The notes under the pieces: generated by a model
The model's input: the letters and a program-made list of their open reading frames with translations, nothing else
Databases searched by the model: none
Told to the model about the DNA's origin: nothing
Position numbers and translations under genes: made by a program
Shown here: positions 18,903-28,273 of the stretch, piece after piece
Position numbering within the stretch: position 1 is the first letter of the stretch
Layout: each line of letters begins with the position of its first letter
Source of the DNA: a virus
Taxonomy: Duplodnaviria > Heunggongvirae > Uroviricota > Caudoviricetes
Length of the DNA: 64,000 nucleotides
Strand: one strand, 5' to 3'
IMG/VR virus record: IMGVR_UViG_3300025896_000021

Positions 18903-19937
18903 ATGACTATTAAACGTATCGGCTTTGCCTGCAAATTTTCTGAAATCAATAGCAAGGGTGAGGTATCTAGTATACCCGAACTAAACACAGGTGGCACAAC
19001 TCTTGCCTGGGCAAAGCGTCAAAGTAAGTCAGTAGCAGAAGAAAAAATCATTGAAGTTGCAAAACGCAACATCCTGCATACTCACAATCTGGTCAAGCGT
19101 GTCGCCTCACTGCGACCCGAACTACGCATGGTTCGTCTTACTAGTGACATGCTTTCATTCTACACACATCCCGACTGGCAAGGTTTCTGGCAAGACACTG
19201 ACATTCAAAACAAGCTAGCACATTGGTTTGCGCCCATCGGTGAGACTGCACGAGCCAATGATGTTCGTCTTTCGTTTCACCCTGACCAGTTTGTAGTTTT
19301 AGCAAGCGACCGTGAAGAAGTAGTAAATAACAGTATCAGAGAATTTGAATATCATACTGACATGGTTCGTTGGATGGGCTATGGCAAGACATTTCAAGAC
19401 TTCAAAGTTAATGTACACATCAGTGGTCGTAAAGGTCCGCAGGGCATTCGTGATGTATACAATCGTTTGTCACCCGAAGCCCGCAACACACTTACACTAG
19501 AGAATGAAGAATACACACATGGACTACTTGACTGCTTATCGTTATCTGACCTCGTCCCTACGGTCATGGACATTCACCATAATTGGATTCGTGAGGGAGA
19601 ATACGTTCAACCTAATGATGCGATTGTACAACGGGTTATTGATTCTTGGCGTGGCGTTCGCCCTACTTGCCATTACAGTGTTAGCCGCGAAGATGTACTC
19701 ACAGGTCATTCCGTTGCACAACTACCCGATCATGGCGCGCTGATTGCAGCAGGACACAATAAACAAAAACTACGGGCACACAGTGACTATTACTGGAATG
19801 ACGCAGTGAACGATTGGGCACTGACTTTCTATGAAAATTTTGACATGATGTGCGAAAGCAAAGCTAAAAACTTAGCCAGCTTCAAACTTTATGATACATA
19901 CAATAATGCTAAACAAACTAAAAACCCTATTCTCTAA
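18903..19937 (+). CDS. uvdE: UV damage endonuclease (UvdE family)
   Basis: RIGFACKF ..., LSFHPDQFVVL, TLENEE..., RAHSDYYW align with conserved UvdE blocks (for example Bacillus UvsE). Confidence 0.8.
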   Translation: MTIKRIGFACKFSEINSKGEVSSIPELNTGGTTLAWAKRQSKSVAEEKIIEVAKRNILHTHNLVKRVASLRPELRMVRLTSDMLSFYTHPDWQGFWQDTDIQNKLAHWFAPIGETARANDVRLSFHPDQFVVLASDREEVVNNSIREFEYHTDMVRWMGYGKTFQDFKVNVHISGRKGPQGIRDVYNRLSPEARNTLTLENEEYTHGLLDCLSLSDLVPTVMDIHHNWIREGEYVQPNDAIVQRVIDSWRGVRPTCHYSVSREDVLTGHSVAQLPDHGALIAAGHNKQKLRAHSDYYWNDAVNDWALTFYENFDMMCESKAKNLASFKLYDTYNNAKQTKNPIL

Positions 19938-20379
19938 AAAGCCTGATCCAGTAGTCGAACCCATTGTCGTTGCTGTTGCAGAGCCTGCGCCCGTAAAGGT
20001 GAAGAAACCTCGCAAGCCCAAAGAAAAGAAGGTTGAAAAGGTTGAGAAGGAACTTACTGCTAAAGAAAAAGCTACATTAGCAGGTGAACCCTATGTCAAT
20101 ATTCTCAGCATGGAAGTCGATCCAGACAATATCAATGCAGGTTCCTTCGAACTAGACTGGAATGAGAAGTTCATTTTGAATCTCAGTCGTGTTGGTTACC
20201 AGATGAAAGAGAACGACAAAGAATCGGACATCATTGACCGATGGTTTCAGAGCGTATGCCGCAACGTAGCTTTAGAAGTCTATGAGCAGGCCCAAGCGGA
20301 TCCGGAGAACCGAGACGCCCGAGACTTGCGAAAAATGAATACTAAAGACTTAGGCGACGGTAGAACCGAAGTAAGTTGA
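19891..20379 (+). CDS. Hypothetical protein with Lys-rich segment (about 160 aa)
   Basis: ORF track. It overlaps the uvdE 3' end, so the true start may be an internal ATG. Confidence 0.45.
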   Translation: MIHTIMLNKLKTLFSKKPDPVVEPIVVAVAEPAPVKVKKPRKPKEKKVEKVEKELTAKEKATLAGEPYVNILSMEVDPDNINAGSFELDWNEKFILNLSRVGYQMKENDKESDIIDRWFQSVCRNVALEVYEQAQADPENRDARDLRKMNTKDLGDGRTEVS

Positions 20380-20386
20380 TAAAAGG

Positions 20387-20415
20387 TTGACATTTAATGA
20401 ATTTGGTGCTATAAT
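20387..20415 (+). promoter_or_regulatory. Early sigma70-type promoter, TTGACA-17-TATAAT family
   Basis: TTGACAtttaatgaatttggtgcTATAAT, about 33 nt upstream of the 20448 ATG. Confidence 0.7.
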
Positions 20416-20447
20416 AGAGACTTCTTACAAGCAACTGGATTCATAAA

Positions 20448-21641
20448 ATGGCAACTAAAATAGCATTCATATTTCCCTGGACCGATGTACCAAAAGGTCA
20501 GCTAGTTGATATCTCAAAAATCAAAAATCCACTTGATAGTAAACGGTTGAAGTCAGCAAAGCCTAAAACATTAGCACAATCAGTAGCGGAGCTTGAAAAG
20601 AATCCTCTCGTTGCTAACGTATTAGCAGATTTGAAAAAGCGTGGCAAAACGTTTAATCCAGCCAAAATCGGCGTATTCAAAAATCAAAAGATTGGACGAG
20701 CAACTTTCTTGGAAGAAACCCAACGACTCGTAATTGCAAAGCACGTAGCTGATATTATGAATGGTTGTCAGGAAGAGTTACTGAGCCCTGTATTTGCTAC
20801 TGTCAGCGCAGACGGTAAAACTAATCCCTCATTTGATACTCAACACGGCATTAACGTAGTTGGATTATTTGCAAAGCATGGCTTGTGGGACGGGGTAGAC
20901 CCGACCAAATGGGAAGACTTTGAATTCCCGTTCTTTATTGTTAACAACACAGATACAGCATTTGCCAACGAAGCTGCCTATCACCGAAATGGTAAAGGTC
21001 AAAAGAAATGGACCGGCTTTGATTTTCACCGAATCAAAGTTGTAGGTGTTCGTCAACATAATTCCACAGATAAAACTTATGTGGATGCTGAAAAGCGTCA
21101 AGCTATTTGCGAAAAGCACGAAGCAATCCCTGTCCAAGCAAATCATTCGCAACGCGGCAAAGCAGGTACATTGGATCGGGTTGACCCGATATACAATTGG
21201 AAATTAAAGACACTTGACTTTATTATGGGTACGCACAAAAAATACTGGCATGGCACAAAATTTGATAGTGCTGCGTACGGCTTGTATGGTCACTTGTATG
21301 ATAATATGAAAGCCAAACATATCCCAATGACCGGTCCTCAATGGAGTGAGTTTTTGGATAACTTTCACGCTATCATTAAAAAGTGTTTCACTGATTTGTC
21401 TACCTTGCGTAAAGAAACAGAAGCAGCACACGTTGCATGGCATACTGACGCATATCCTAACATCAAAAATCACAAACTTAATTCAACTAATTGTGCTTTG
21501 GCTATTGTTTTGAAAATTTATCAAAACTTGCATGGATCTCATCCACTGACCAACGATGCGAATGATTTTAACTACAATGGGTATGACCTTTACAATTATT
21601 TGGACGCAGTTGATGTTATTGACGCAGTAAAAAATGCCTAA
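20448..21641 (+). CDS. Hypothetical protein (397 aa)
   Basis: ORF track; has its own promoter; no recognisable motif. Confidence 0.6.
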   Translation: MATKIAFIFPWTDVPKGQLVDISKIKNPLDSKRLKSAKPKTLAQSVAELEKNPLVANVLADLKKRGKTFNPAKIGVFKNQKIGRATFLEETQRLVIAKHVADIMNGCQEELLSPVFATVSADGKTNPSFDTQHGINVVGLFAKHGLWDGVDPTKWEDFEFPFFIVNNTDTAFANEAAYHRNGKGQKKWTGFDFHRIKVVGVRQHNSTDKTYVDAEKRQAICEKHEAIPVQANHSQRGKAGTLDRVDPIYNWKLKTLDFIMGTHKKYWHGTKFDSAAYGLYGHLYDNMKAKHIPMTGPQWSEFLDNFHAIIKKCFTDLSTLRKETEAAHVAWHTDAYPNIKNHKLNSTNCALAIVLKIYQNLHGSHPLTNDANDFNYNGYDLYNYLDAVDVIDAVKNA

Positions 21642-22077
21642 TATAGTTCTTCCTAACAAGTGCGGCTGGTTGTATGTATTGCATCATCATCAGTCAGATT
21701 TATGGGGGTTCGGTAAGCACATCAAAAATGCTAACATCAAAAACTATTTGGTAAAAAATTACATACTCCCTAGTATTAACAAAACTCAAACATTTGATTA
21801 TCTTTATTACGGCAGGGCAAGTGAAATTTCTGCACTTGAAGACTATCTCAAAAATGAGTACGGCGATCAACTATTGGTCTTGTTTGAGAAAAGATTAGAA
21901 TGGTTCCATGATGAATCTAAAATTGACGGAGAACGTATAGTAGATATTGTAGAGACAAGAGCTAAAGTTAGCTACCCTGAAATTTATAGAGTGAAAAAAG
22001 AATTTCTCCCATTCAGCCCAACTAATATCTTTTCGGGCATCAACGATGATCCTGACAAGTATTTGGAACAAATTTAA
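21634..22077 (+). CDS. Hypothetical protein (147 aa)
   Basis: ORF track. Confidence 0.5.
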   Translation: MPNIVLPNKCGWLYVLHHHQSDLWGFGKHIKNANIKNYLVKNYILPSINKTQTFDYLYYGRASEISALEDYLKNEYGDQLLVLFEKRLEWFHDESKIDGERIVDIVETRAKVSYPEIYRVKKEFLPFSPTNIFSGINDDPDKYLEQI

Positions 22078-22078
22078 C

Positions 22079-22107
22079 TTGACATTTTTTAAATATACGA
22101 CTATAAT
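22079..22107 (+). promoter_or_regulatory. Early promoter, TTGACA-17-TATAAT
   Basis: TTGACAttttttaaatatacgacTATAAT, just upstream of rnh. Confidence 0.65.
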
Positions 22108-22113
22108 AGACAC

Positions 22114-23121
22114 ATGACTACATATGCCCTCATCGATACTGCCAACACTTTTTTTCGTGCCCGTCACGTGGCCGCGCGCGGCACTGACGCAGAAGAAAAA
22201 GTTGCACAAGCCTTGCACATTACATTCGCATCAGTCAATCAAGCTGTTCGCAAATATGGAATTGATCATGTCGTATTCTGTTTAGAGGGCAGGTCGTTTC
22301 GCAAGGACATGTATGCTCCGTATAAAAAGAATCGCATTGTTGATGCACAATCAGTTACTGAGGCTGAGGCTGAGGAAAGCAAACTTTTTTGGGACACGTA
22401 TGAAAAATTCACTACGTATCTCAAAGACCGTACTAATGTAAGTGTCCTCAGGCATCCTCAGGCAGAAGCTGACGATATGATTGCCCGATTCCTCGCACTG
22501 CATCCCGAAGACGAACATTTTATCATCAGCACCGATACAGATTACAACCAGTTGATCACCGATAAAGTTAAACAATATAATGGGGTGCTCGGCGAGCTTG
22601 CAACACTGGCCGGATATTTTAAAGAGTCGGGCAAGCCCGTATTAGACAAAGAAAAAAATCCCAAGTTGCTTGAGGATCCTGAGTATCTACTTTTTCGCAA
22701 GTGCATTAGGGGAGATTCAAGCGATAATATTTTCAGTGCTTTTCCGGGAGTGCGTGAAGTTGGTAGTAAAAACAAAGTTGGTATCAAAGAGGCATTTGAA
22801 GACCGTCACAAAATGGGATTTTCGTGGAACAATCTGATGTTGCAACGCTGGTCCGATCATGAGGGCAATGAGGTTCGTGTCAAAGATGCATATGAACGCA
22901 ATCGCACACTTATCGATTTGACAGCACAGCCCCAAGATTTGAAAGATGCGTTTGATAAAACTATCAAGGAATCTTTGCAACCCCGAAATACAACACAAGT
23001 TGGCATCCATTTAATGAAGTTCGCGGGCAAGTATGATTTACCCAAGATTGCAGATCAAGCGGAAACATACTCAAAATGGCTCAACAGTACTTACAACGGT
23101 CCTTTAATTGAAAGTAAATAA
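22114..23121 (+). CDS. rnh: 5'-3' exonuclease / RNase H (FEN family)
   Basis: N-terminal ALIDTANTFFRARH (PIN-like 5' nuclease motif) and ISTDTDYNQL metal-binding block. Confidence 0.8.
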   Translation: MTTYALIDTANTFFRARHVAARGTDAEEKVAQALHITFASVNQAVRKYGIDHVVFCLEGRSFRKDMYAPYKKNRIVDAQSVTEAEAEESKLFWDTYEKFTTYLKDRTNVSVLRHPQAEADDMIARFLALHPEDEHFIISTDTDYNQLITDKVKQYNGVLGELATLAGYFKESGKPVLDKEKNPKLLEDPEYLLFRKCIRGDSSDNIFSAFPGVREVGSKNKVGIKEAFEDRHKMGFSWNNLMLQRWSDHEGNEVRVKDAYERNRTLIDLTAQPQDLKDAFDKTIKESLQPRNTTQVGIHLMKFAGKYDLPKIADQAETYSKWLNSTYNGPLIESK

Positions 23122-23326
23122 CATGAACAAAAATATTAGAATTAATCTAGGTGAGATTGCCTCTATCCTTGATCAAGAACAGTTTGGTACATTGATTGAT
23201 GCAATGATTGAACAATATGCTTCATTGTATGGCTTTGAAGATAATGATATTGAGCCTGAAGTACCTGACTACAGTGTAGAGAATACTTCTTTGGCACAAT
23301 CATACCTTAAGAAGTTTCAACTGTGA
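23108..23326 (+). CDS. Hypothetical protein (72 aa)
   Basis: ORF track. Confidence 0.4.
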   Translation: MKVNNMNKNIRINLGEIASILDQEQFGTLIDAMIEQYASLYGFEDNDIEPEVPDYSVENTSLAQSYLKKFQL

Positions 23327-23787
23327 AAACAATTTTCTATGTCAAGGAAGGTAGGAAGTATATTCCTATCTCTGAGTATGATGACAACTTTTCATCAAGC
23401 ATAGGTTACGGTGATCATCTACTATCAGTGCATAAGAATGGATCAAGTCGTCAGAAAATTAATCCAGCATTTGCTCCAATGATTGCTGCAGGTAGATATG
23501 GTAAGGATGCAGTTACTGATTCAATTCGCAGTGCATTAGCACTACGACCTACTAGCACTCCTATTACTGAAGGACAGCGCAATGCTTGGAAAAAATTGTC
23601 AGAAGAATTTGGCAATGATGTATACAATCTAACTTGGCCAGCAGCACAAGATGCTGCTGATGCCGCAGTTGCAGCAATGCAAATAGAAGCAGAGAAATTA
23701 CTCTCAGTACCAAGTGTACGAAAAGCATACGAACATTTTATGTTTCTGTGCGAACTAACAAAGGATCAACATGAATCTAATAGCTAA
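23323..23787 (+). CDS. Hypothetical protein (154 aa)
   Basis: ORF track. Confidence 0.5.
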   Translation: MKTIFYVKEGRKYIPISEYDDNFSSSIGYGDHLLSVHKNGSSRQKINPAFAPMIAAGRYGKDAVTDSIRSALALRPTSTPITEGQRNAWKKLSEEFGNDVYNLTWPAAQDAADAAVAAMQIEAEKLLSVPSVRKAYEHFMFLCELTKDQHESNS

Positions 23788-24226
23788 ACCAATTATCAAA
23801 AATCAATATTGGGTAGTAACCGATGGTGACAAAAAAGTAGGCAATGTAACCGCTGAGGGTACTGGATTTGATGTTAAAATTGGCAACAACATCGAACACT
23901 ACAATTCTACTAAAGCCATTCAGAAGACAAAGCATATTGAATTTTCTAAAATTGAAAAGTCAAAGATTACTGACCCGCCCTTTGCAATATTCCCCACTGA
24001 CCGAACTACTATCTATAACAGCATACTAGATGTTCGTAAAAAGCTACACCTATATACTACTACGCCTAAAAGCAAATGCTACTATGCTGCTGGCTGGTTT
24101 GCCATTCAACAAGGAACTGAGTTTGTAAGTATTTTTTGCCCGAAGTATATCTTTATTCAACGTTATGACTACATCGGCCCATTCAAAACAGAAAAAGAGG
24201 CAAATAGTAGCATAAATAGTGTATGA
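23771..24226 (+). CDS. Hypothetical protein (151 aa)
   Basis: ORF track. Confidence 0.5.
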   Translation: MNLIAKPIIKNQYWVVTDGDKKVGNVTAEGTGFDVKIGNNIEHYNSTKAIQKTKHIEFSKIEKSKITDPPFAIFPTDRTTIYNSILDVRKKLHLYTTTPKSKCYYAAGWFAIQQGTEFVSIFCPKYIFIQRYDYIGPFKTEKEANSSINSV

Positions 24227-24411
24227 GCAATATAAAGAAGTTTATTGATAAGATCGCCGTAGCTGAAGGTAGACAATCACGTGAAGTCATTTTGACATTG
24301 AATGATGCTAAAGAGTTACGTGATGAGCTTACGAAAATCTTATTAGACCAACGTGAATACACTAAAGAACCTGAAACTATTCAAGTTGTAATGTCAGGTG
24401 GGAAATGGTAA
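24223..24411 (+). CDS. Hypothetical protein (62 aa)
   Basis: ORF track. Confidence 0.4.
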   Translation: MSNIKKFIDKIAVAEGRQSREVILTLNDAKELRDELTKILLDQREYTKEPETIQVVMSGGKW

Positions 24412-24706
24412 TATGAGCAGGACACAACCAAAAGTCGTACTAGAACTAGTAGACAAAACAACTTACAAGTGTGACCAGATTGTAGAAGCCGCTGGCATAT
24501 GGGCAGTATTCTATGATGGATCACCTATCAACTTAAAAAGCCAACACTACTTGGATAGTGAAGCTGTGCCTAAGTACAAGAAGACCAGTTTCAGTAATCC
24601 TGGTCATGCAAGAAACCTGTGTCGTAAACTTAACGCACAATTCAAAAGTGATAAATTTAGTGTCGTGTTTATGAACAATGGTACTAAAGTTTATCCCGAT
24701 GAGTAA
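24398..24706 (+). CDS. Hypothetical protein (102 aa)
   Basis: ORF track. Confidence 0.45.
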   Translation: MGNGNMSRTQPKVVLELVDKTTYKCDQIVEAAGIWAVFYDGSPINLKSQHYLDSEAVPKYKKTSFSNPGHARNLCRKLNAQFKSDKFSVVFMNNGTKVYPDE

Positions 24707-25100
24707 ACCATCCGTCAAGGAACTTATAACTCAAGCTGTAGTAGGTCAGATGCCAGAGGGCTGGACTGACTGGACCGTAGAAGAGGCTATGAAGAAATGG
24801 TGGCAAACTGGTTTGCGCGGAGATAGCCTTCGTCTAACAGAAATAGGTGACATGGCTTTCCGTTTAGGTGAAATAGAGTTTTACCAATATGATTTTACGG
24901 CTAAGATAGAGGGCAGCTATCATAGCTACATACTTGAACTAAGCAGAAAAATCAAATGCCCCTATTACCTGGGGGTAAATAAAAGTGAAGGTAAAAAGAA
25001 TCAGCCCTACATTAGACTATACGATAGTAAGATTGCTATGATGGTCAGCTTGTATGGTAACATTGATTCTTATCTCAAATCACTAAAGGTAAGAAGATGA
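24678..25100 (+). CDS. Hypothetical protein (140 aa)
   Basis: ORF track. Confidence 0.5.
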   Translation: MVLKFIPMSKPSVKELITQAVVGQMPEGWTDWTVEEAMKKWWQTGLRGDSLRLTEIGDMAFRLGEIEFYQYDFTAKIEGSYHSYILELSRKIKCPYYLGVNKSEGKKNQPYIRLYDSKIAMMVSLYGNIDSYLKSLKVRR

Positions 25101-25352
25101 TAGAACCCAAGAAAAGCTCAAACCCATTTATCAACATGGCAAATGAAGCAAAGAAAAACAGCCCACGGCTACCAATGACAAAAACACCTGCTCAAAAGAT
25201 GGGAAAGCCAAGCAAGGGCTTTGCAGGCGCACCGGTTAGAAAAACTGGGCGCGGTGGATAATTACCCAAATCGTGTCAACGGAAACGTTGGCAGAGGCGT
25301 TATATATGTAGAGATTAAAATTCTCTATTCATTAACTTAAAGGAAACTTAAA

Positions 25353-25625
25353 ATGAAATCAGCAATCGTAATCTTAGCCACTGCATTTGCAGTAACCGCT
25401 TTCGCAGCAGACGCAGTTAAAGCACCAGCAGCTCCAGTCGCACCCGCAGCAGTTGTCGCACCAGTTGCAGCAGCATCTACTCCGGCGAAGCCTGAAATCA
25501 AATTGGCTAAGAAGAAAGACCATAGCAAGGACAAAAAGGCAGCGCCTGCAAAAAGCACTGTCAAGGACGCAGTACCAGCAGTTCCTGCTAAGCCAGCAGT
25601 CGTCGCAGCTCCAGCAGCTAAGTAA
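25353..25625 (+). CDS. Ala/Pro/Lys-rich histone-H1-like protein with N-terminal signal-peptide-like segment (90 aa)
   Basis: MKSAIVILATAFAVTAFAADA followed by repeats such as PAAPVAPAAVVAPVAAAS...KKDHSKDKKAAPAK. RBS AAAGGAAA upstream. Confidence 0.55.
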   Translation: MKSAIVILATAFAVTAFAADAVKAPAAPVAPAAVVAPVAAASTPAKPEIKLAKKKDHSKDKKAAPAKSTVKDAVPAVPAKPAVVAAPAAK

Positions 25626-25875
25626 TCTAGACGATTCGGACGACGACTCTAATGGTCCAGATGATCTGGATCTGCAACGAGGATATAGTCGTCCGAAGCT
25701 AGTCAATAGTGATAATGATACAGATGAACTATCTGATTATGTCACTAGTAGATTGGCACTTTCTAGAGAATTAGCTATGCAGAAATATAGAGAAATCTAT
25801 ATGCTGGCATAAATAGATATGAAGTTAGAGTTCTTCATAAAAACTCAATTAAACACACACACTTAGGAGATAATT

Positions 25876-26169
25876 ATGTTTAACGCATCCTCACACGCCT
25901 TTATCGACGGCGTTTCTGATTTCAAATTGAAATTTGTCGACCAAGCCGTCAAGCACGACGGTATCAAAAATGCACTTAACGGTTTCGTTGAAGCGCAACG
26001 CAAGTACACTAAAACAGCAGCCGATGCAGGAATGCAATCTATGATGGCTTTAGGTATGATTTTTTCTAGCAAAACATTTTATGATGATGTTAGTGAACAA
26101 ATCAAAACTCTAGTACCAGCTACTGATCTTTTCAAAACTACTAAAGCCAAAGCTAAGAAGGCTGTTTAA
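25876..26169 (+). CDS. Hypothetical protein (97 aa)
   Basis: ORF track; strong RBS TTAGGAGA. Confidence 0.5.
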   Translation: MFNASSHAFIDGVSDFKLKFVDQAVKHDGIKNALNGFVEAQRKYTKTAADAGMQSMMALGMIFSSKTFYDDVSEQIKTLVPATDLFKTTKAKAKKAV

Positions 26170-26465
26170 TCATGGTCCTGTTAAAATCACTCAATAATTA
26201 TTTGATTGATCTATTCAGTGTCTTTGAGAAACCGCAAACTTATGGTTCAGCATTAGAAGCATATATTGTTTCTCATAACCCTCAGGATGGCTGTGACATT
26301 GATAGACTGCAACGACAGTTTGATCAAGCGCAAGCCCGTCGTAATAGCGCTGGATGGGTAATATGATTAAGCAAATTCTAAATTCAATCTGGGATGTCAT
26401 GCTAGCCATTTCAAAAGCTAAGTCTGCTAGATACAATCGCAACCCACAATCATTCTGGTACTAAC

Positions 26466-27020
26466 ATGCCATATGTGGTAAGAAAAGTTCTTCAACATGA
26501 GTACGAAAAATACCGTACTCATTTGAAGGCACTTGATGTAGAGAGTAGACACTTGCGCTTTGGCTTTATGGTCAACGATGAAATATTAGACAAACTGTGC
26601 GATGGCTTTGATACAGATCACGCCCATCATATTTTGTTTTGTATTGAAAATGACAATTTAGAGTTTATCGCCGTAGGGCATATCGCTACTACTGATGGTA
26701 TGGAACTGGCATTCAGTGTTCTTAAAGACCATCAAGGTAAGGGTATGGGTGATGCATTAATGAAACGATGTATTCAATGGTGTCGCACTCATAATATACT
26801 AAAAGGTTGTATGGTTTGTCTAAGCCACAACCGAGCTATCAGACATTTGTGTGTCAAGCATGGAATTCATTTTCATACTGAACACGGAGAGACGGAAGCT
26901 GACATTGAATTAGACGCACCCGGATTTGGTACTTTTATCAAAGAAGGCATGGATAGCAATTTTGCTATGTTAGATTATGTGGGTAAACGAAATCGTTTAC
27001 CTTGGATCTTCACATCATAA
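26466..27020 (+). CDS. GNAT-family N-acetyltransferase-like protein (184 aa)
   Basis: HQGKGMGDALMKRCIQW resembles the GNAT motif A acetyl-CoA binding pattern (Q/RxxGxG/A). Confidence 0.5.
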   Translation: MPYVVRKVLQHEYEKYRTHLKALDVESRHLRFGFMVNDEILDKLCDGFDTDHAHHILFCIENDNLEFIAVGHIATTDGMELAFSVLKDHQGKGMGDALMKRCIQWCRTHNILKGCMVCLSHNRAIRHLCVKHGIHFHTEHGETEADIELDAPGFGTFIKEGMDSNFAMLDYVGKRNRLPWIFTS

Positions 27021-27074
27021 ATGCTTGACAATATCTTGAAATAGATATAAAATAAACACACACAGGAGATAGAC

Positions 27075-27341
27075 ATGACAGATTTTACACCAAAACTTCC
27101 AGAAGTTAAATTCAACAAAAACGGATATGAAATTCGTGCTGACGTTCTAGCAATGGCTAAGGACATCGTCATGCAAGACTATAACGTTAAGGTTGCAGGT
27201 TGGCAACTGACTGCTGCCAAAGATGAAAAGACTGGGCAACTCGTTACATCAATCGCAATGCCAGAGTTTCCAGGAATGGAAAAGATTCTAGAAGCTGCTG
27301 AAAAGATGTATGGTTTCGTGAACCAAGCAACTAAGAAGTAA
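27075..27341 (+). CDS. Hypothetical protein (88 aa)
   Basis: ORF track; RBS CAGGAGA. Confidence 0.5.
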   Translation: MTDFTPKLPEVKFNKNGYEIRADVLAMAKDIVMQDYNVKVAGWQLTAAKDEKTGQLVTSIAMPEFPGMEKILEAAEKMYGFVNQATKK

Positions 27342-27344
27342 GAC

Positions 27345-27368
27345 AAAAAGCCCCTTAATCGGGGCTTT
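27345..27368 (+). terminator. Hairpin terminator, 8-bp stem AAAGCCCC-TTAAT-GGGGCTTT
   Basis: Perfect 8-bp stem directly after the 27075 ORF stop. The U-tract is weak. Confidence 0.5.
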
Positions 27369-27375
27369 CCTACGG

Positions 27376-27404
27376 TTGACGTTAAATCGTTTTGGGTATA
27401 TAAT
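27376..27404 (+). promoter_or_regulatory. Early promoter, TTGACG-17-TATAAT (conserved-spacer family)
   Basis: TTGACGttaaatcgttttgggtaTATAAT. The downstream ATG at 27411 lies only 6 nt past the -10, so the mRNA is probably leaderless. Confidence 0.65.
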
Positions 27405-27410
27405 ACACTC

Positions 27411-27662
27411 ATGTTTAAATATACAGCACATCCAGAAGTCATCCGTAAGTACAAGAGCATCCGCCAGAACTCCAAGAAGCCCTGGGACGACCAGTTTTTC
27501 TTTGCAGTGGAAATCTGTGGTAGTTCTAAAGCCTACTTCGCCTGCGGTGACTTCTGGAAGCACTACAAGACAATGGAGTTCTACAGTGTAGAGAAGCGTA
27601 CGGAAGTTCCGGTCAACGGTGTTCTGATTCCAGTGCATTATTTTACGGAAACCAAAACTTGA
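27411..27662 (+). CDS. Hypothetical small early protein (83 aa)
   Basis: ORF track. Confidence 0.5.
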   Translation: MFKYTAHPEVIRKYKSIRQNSKKPWDDQFFFAVEICGSSKAYFACGDFWKHYKTMEFYSVEKRTEVPVNGVLIPVHYFTETKT

Positions 27663-27687
27663 CATTAAATGGTTTTGGGTATATAAT
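27659..27687 (+). promoter_or_regulatory. Early promoter, TTGACA-17-TATAAT (conserved-spacer family)
   Basis: TTGACAttaaatggttttgggtaTATAAT followed by the conserved leader gtacacatacactgaaaaacaaggaac. Confidence 0.75.
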
Positions 27688-27718
27688 GTACACATACACT
27701 GAAAAACAAGGAACTAAT

Positions 27719-27931
27719 ATGAAACTCAATATCAACGACAAAGTAGAATGGTTTTCTGCTGCAGGCTTGCTGAATGGTTCTATCAAGAATGTGGTTCTGA
27801 GCGAAAATGCTCAATATGAGACTGTTCCTTGGATTGACATTGAAGTTATCAACAAATTTGGTCGTCCTTACTCGGTTCGTCTGTGCGCAACTCACAGCAA
27901 CCTGATCATGATGCAAGTATCCAAAATTTGA
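27719..27931 (+). CDS. Hypothetical small early protein (70 aa)
   Basis: ATG follows the RBS AAGGAAC. The track ORF 27659.. begins with TTG inside the promoter and is trimmed here. Confidence 0.5.
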   Translation: MKLNINDKVEWFSAAGLLNGSIKNVVLSENAQYETVPWIDIEVINKFGRPYSVRLCATHSNLIMMQVSKI

Positions 27932-27956
27932 CATTAAATGGATTTGGGTATATAAT
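27928..27956 (+). promoter_or_regulatory. Early promoter, TTGACA-17-TATAAT (conserved-spacer family)
   Basis: TTGACAttaaatggatttgggtaTATAAT plus a leader identical to that of the 27659 promoter. Confidence 0.75.
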
Positions 27957-27987
27957 GTACACATACACTGAAAAACAAGGAACACAA

Positions 27988-28218
27988 ATGCAAATCGGAA
28001 CTATCATCAAGTCTTTTGACTTCCCCGGCAACTTGAACTGCTACATGGTTGGTACTGTGACTAAGGTAGAAGGTGACTTCATTACTTGCGTGACAATCAA
28101 ACAAGTGTTTGACGGCAAAGCATTGCCCAACGAAAAGTTCAACAAAGAGTTCCGCACAGTGGTTCAGGGTGCTGGTATGTTTGACGAATCCTTTCAACGA
28201 GTAGTCGTTGTAGGTTGA
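27988..28218 (+). CDS. Hypothetical small early protein (76 aa)
   Basis: ATG after AAGGAAC; trimmed from the track ORF 27883... Confidence 0.5.
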   Translation: MQIGTIIKSFDFPGNLNCYMVGTVTKVEGDFITCVTIKQVFDGKALPNEKFNKEFRTVVQGAGMFDESFQRVVVVG

Positions 28219-28243
28219 CATTAAATGGTTTCGGTGATATAAT
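28215..28243 (+). promoter_or_regulatory. Early promoter, TTGACA-17-TATAAT (conserved-spacer family)
   Basis: TTGACAttaaatggtttcggtgaTATAAT followed by leader agaatcttaaacagtaacaaggaa. Confidence 0.75.
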
Positions 28244-28273
28244 AGAATCTTAAACAGTAACAAGGAATACATC

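Noticed and set aside
25337-25706. Antisense ORFs 25337..25564- and 25374..25706- over the AKP-rich gene
   Set aside because: These are mirror readings of Ala-codon repeats (GCN read as NGC); Cys/Trp/Ser-rich nonsense.
27659-27718. Track ORFs starting with TTG at 27659 and 27883 that would make the promoter sequence coding (MTLNGFGYIMYTY...)
   Set aside because: The repeated DNA is the conserved promoter and leader shared with many other genes. The true starts are the downstream ATGs after the AAGGAAC RBS.
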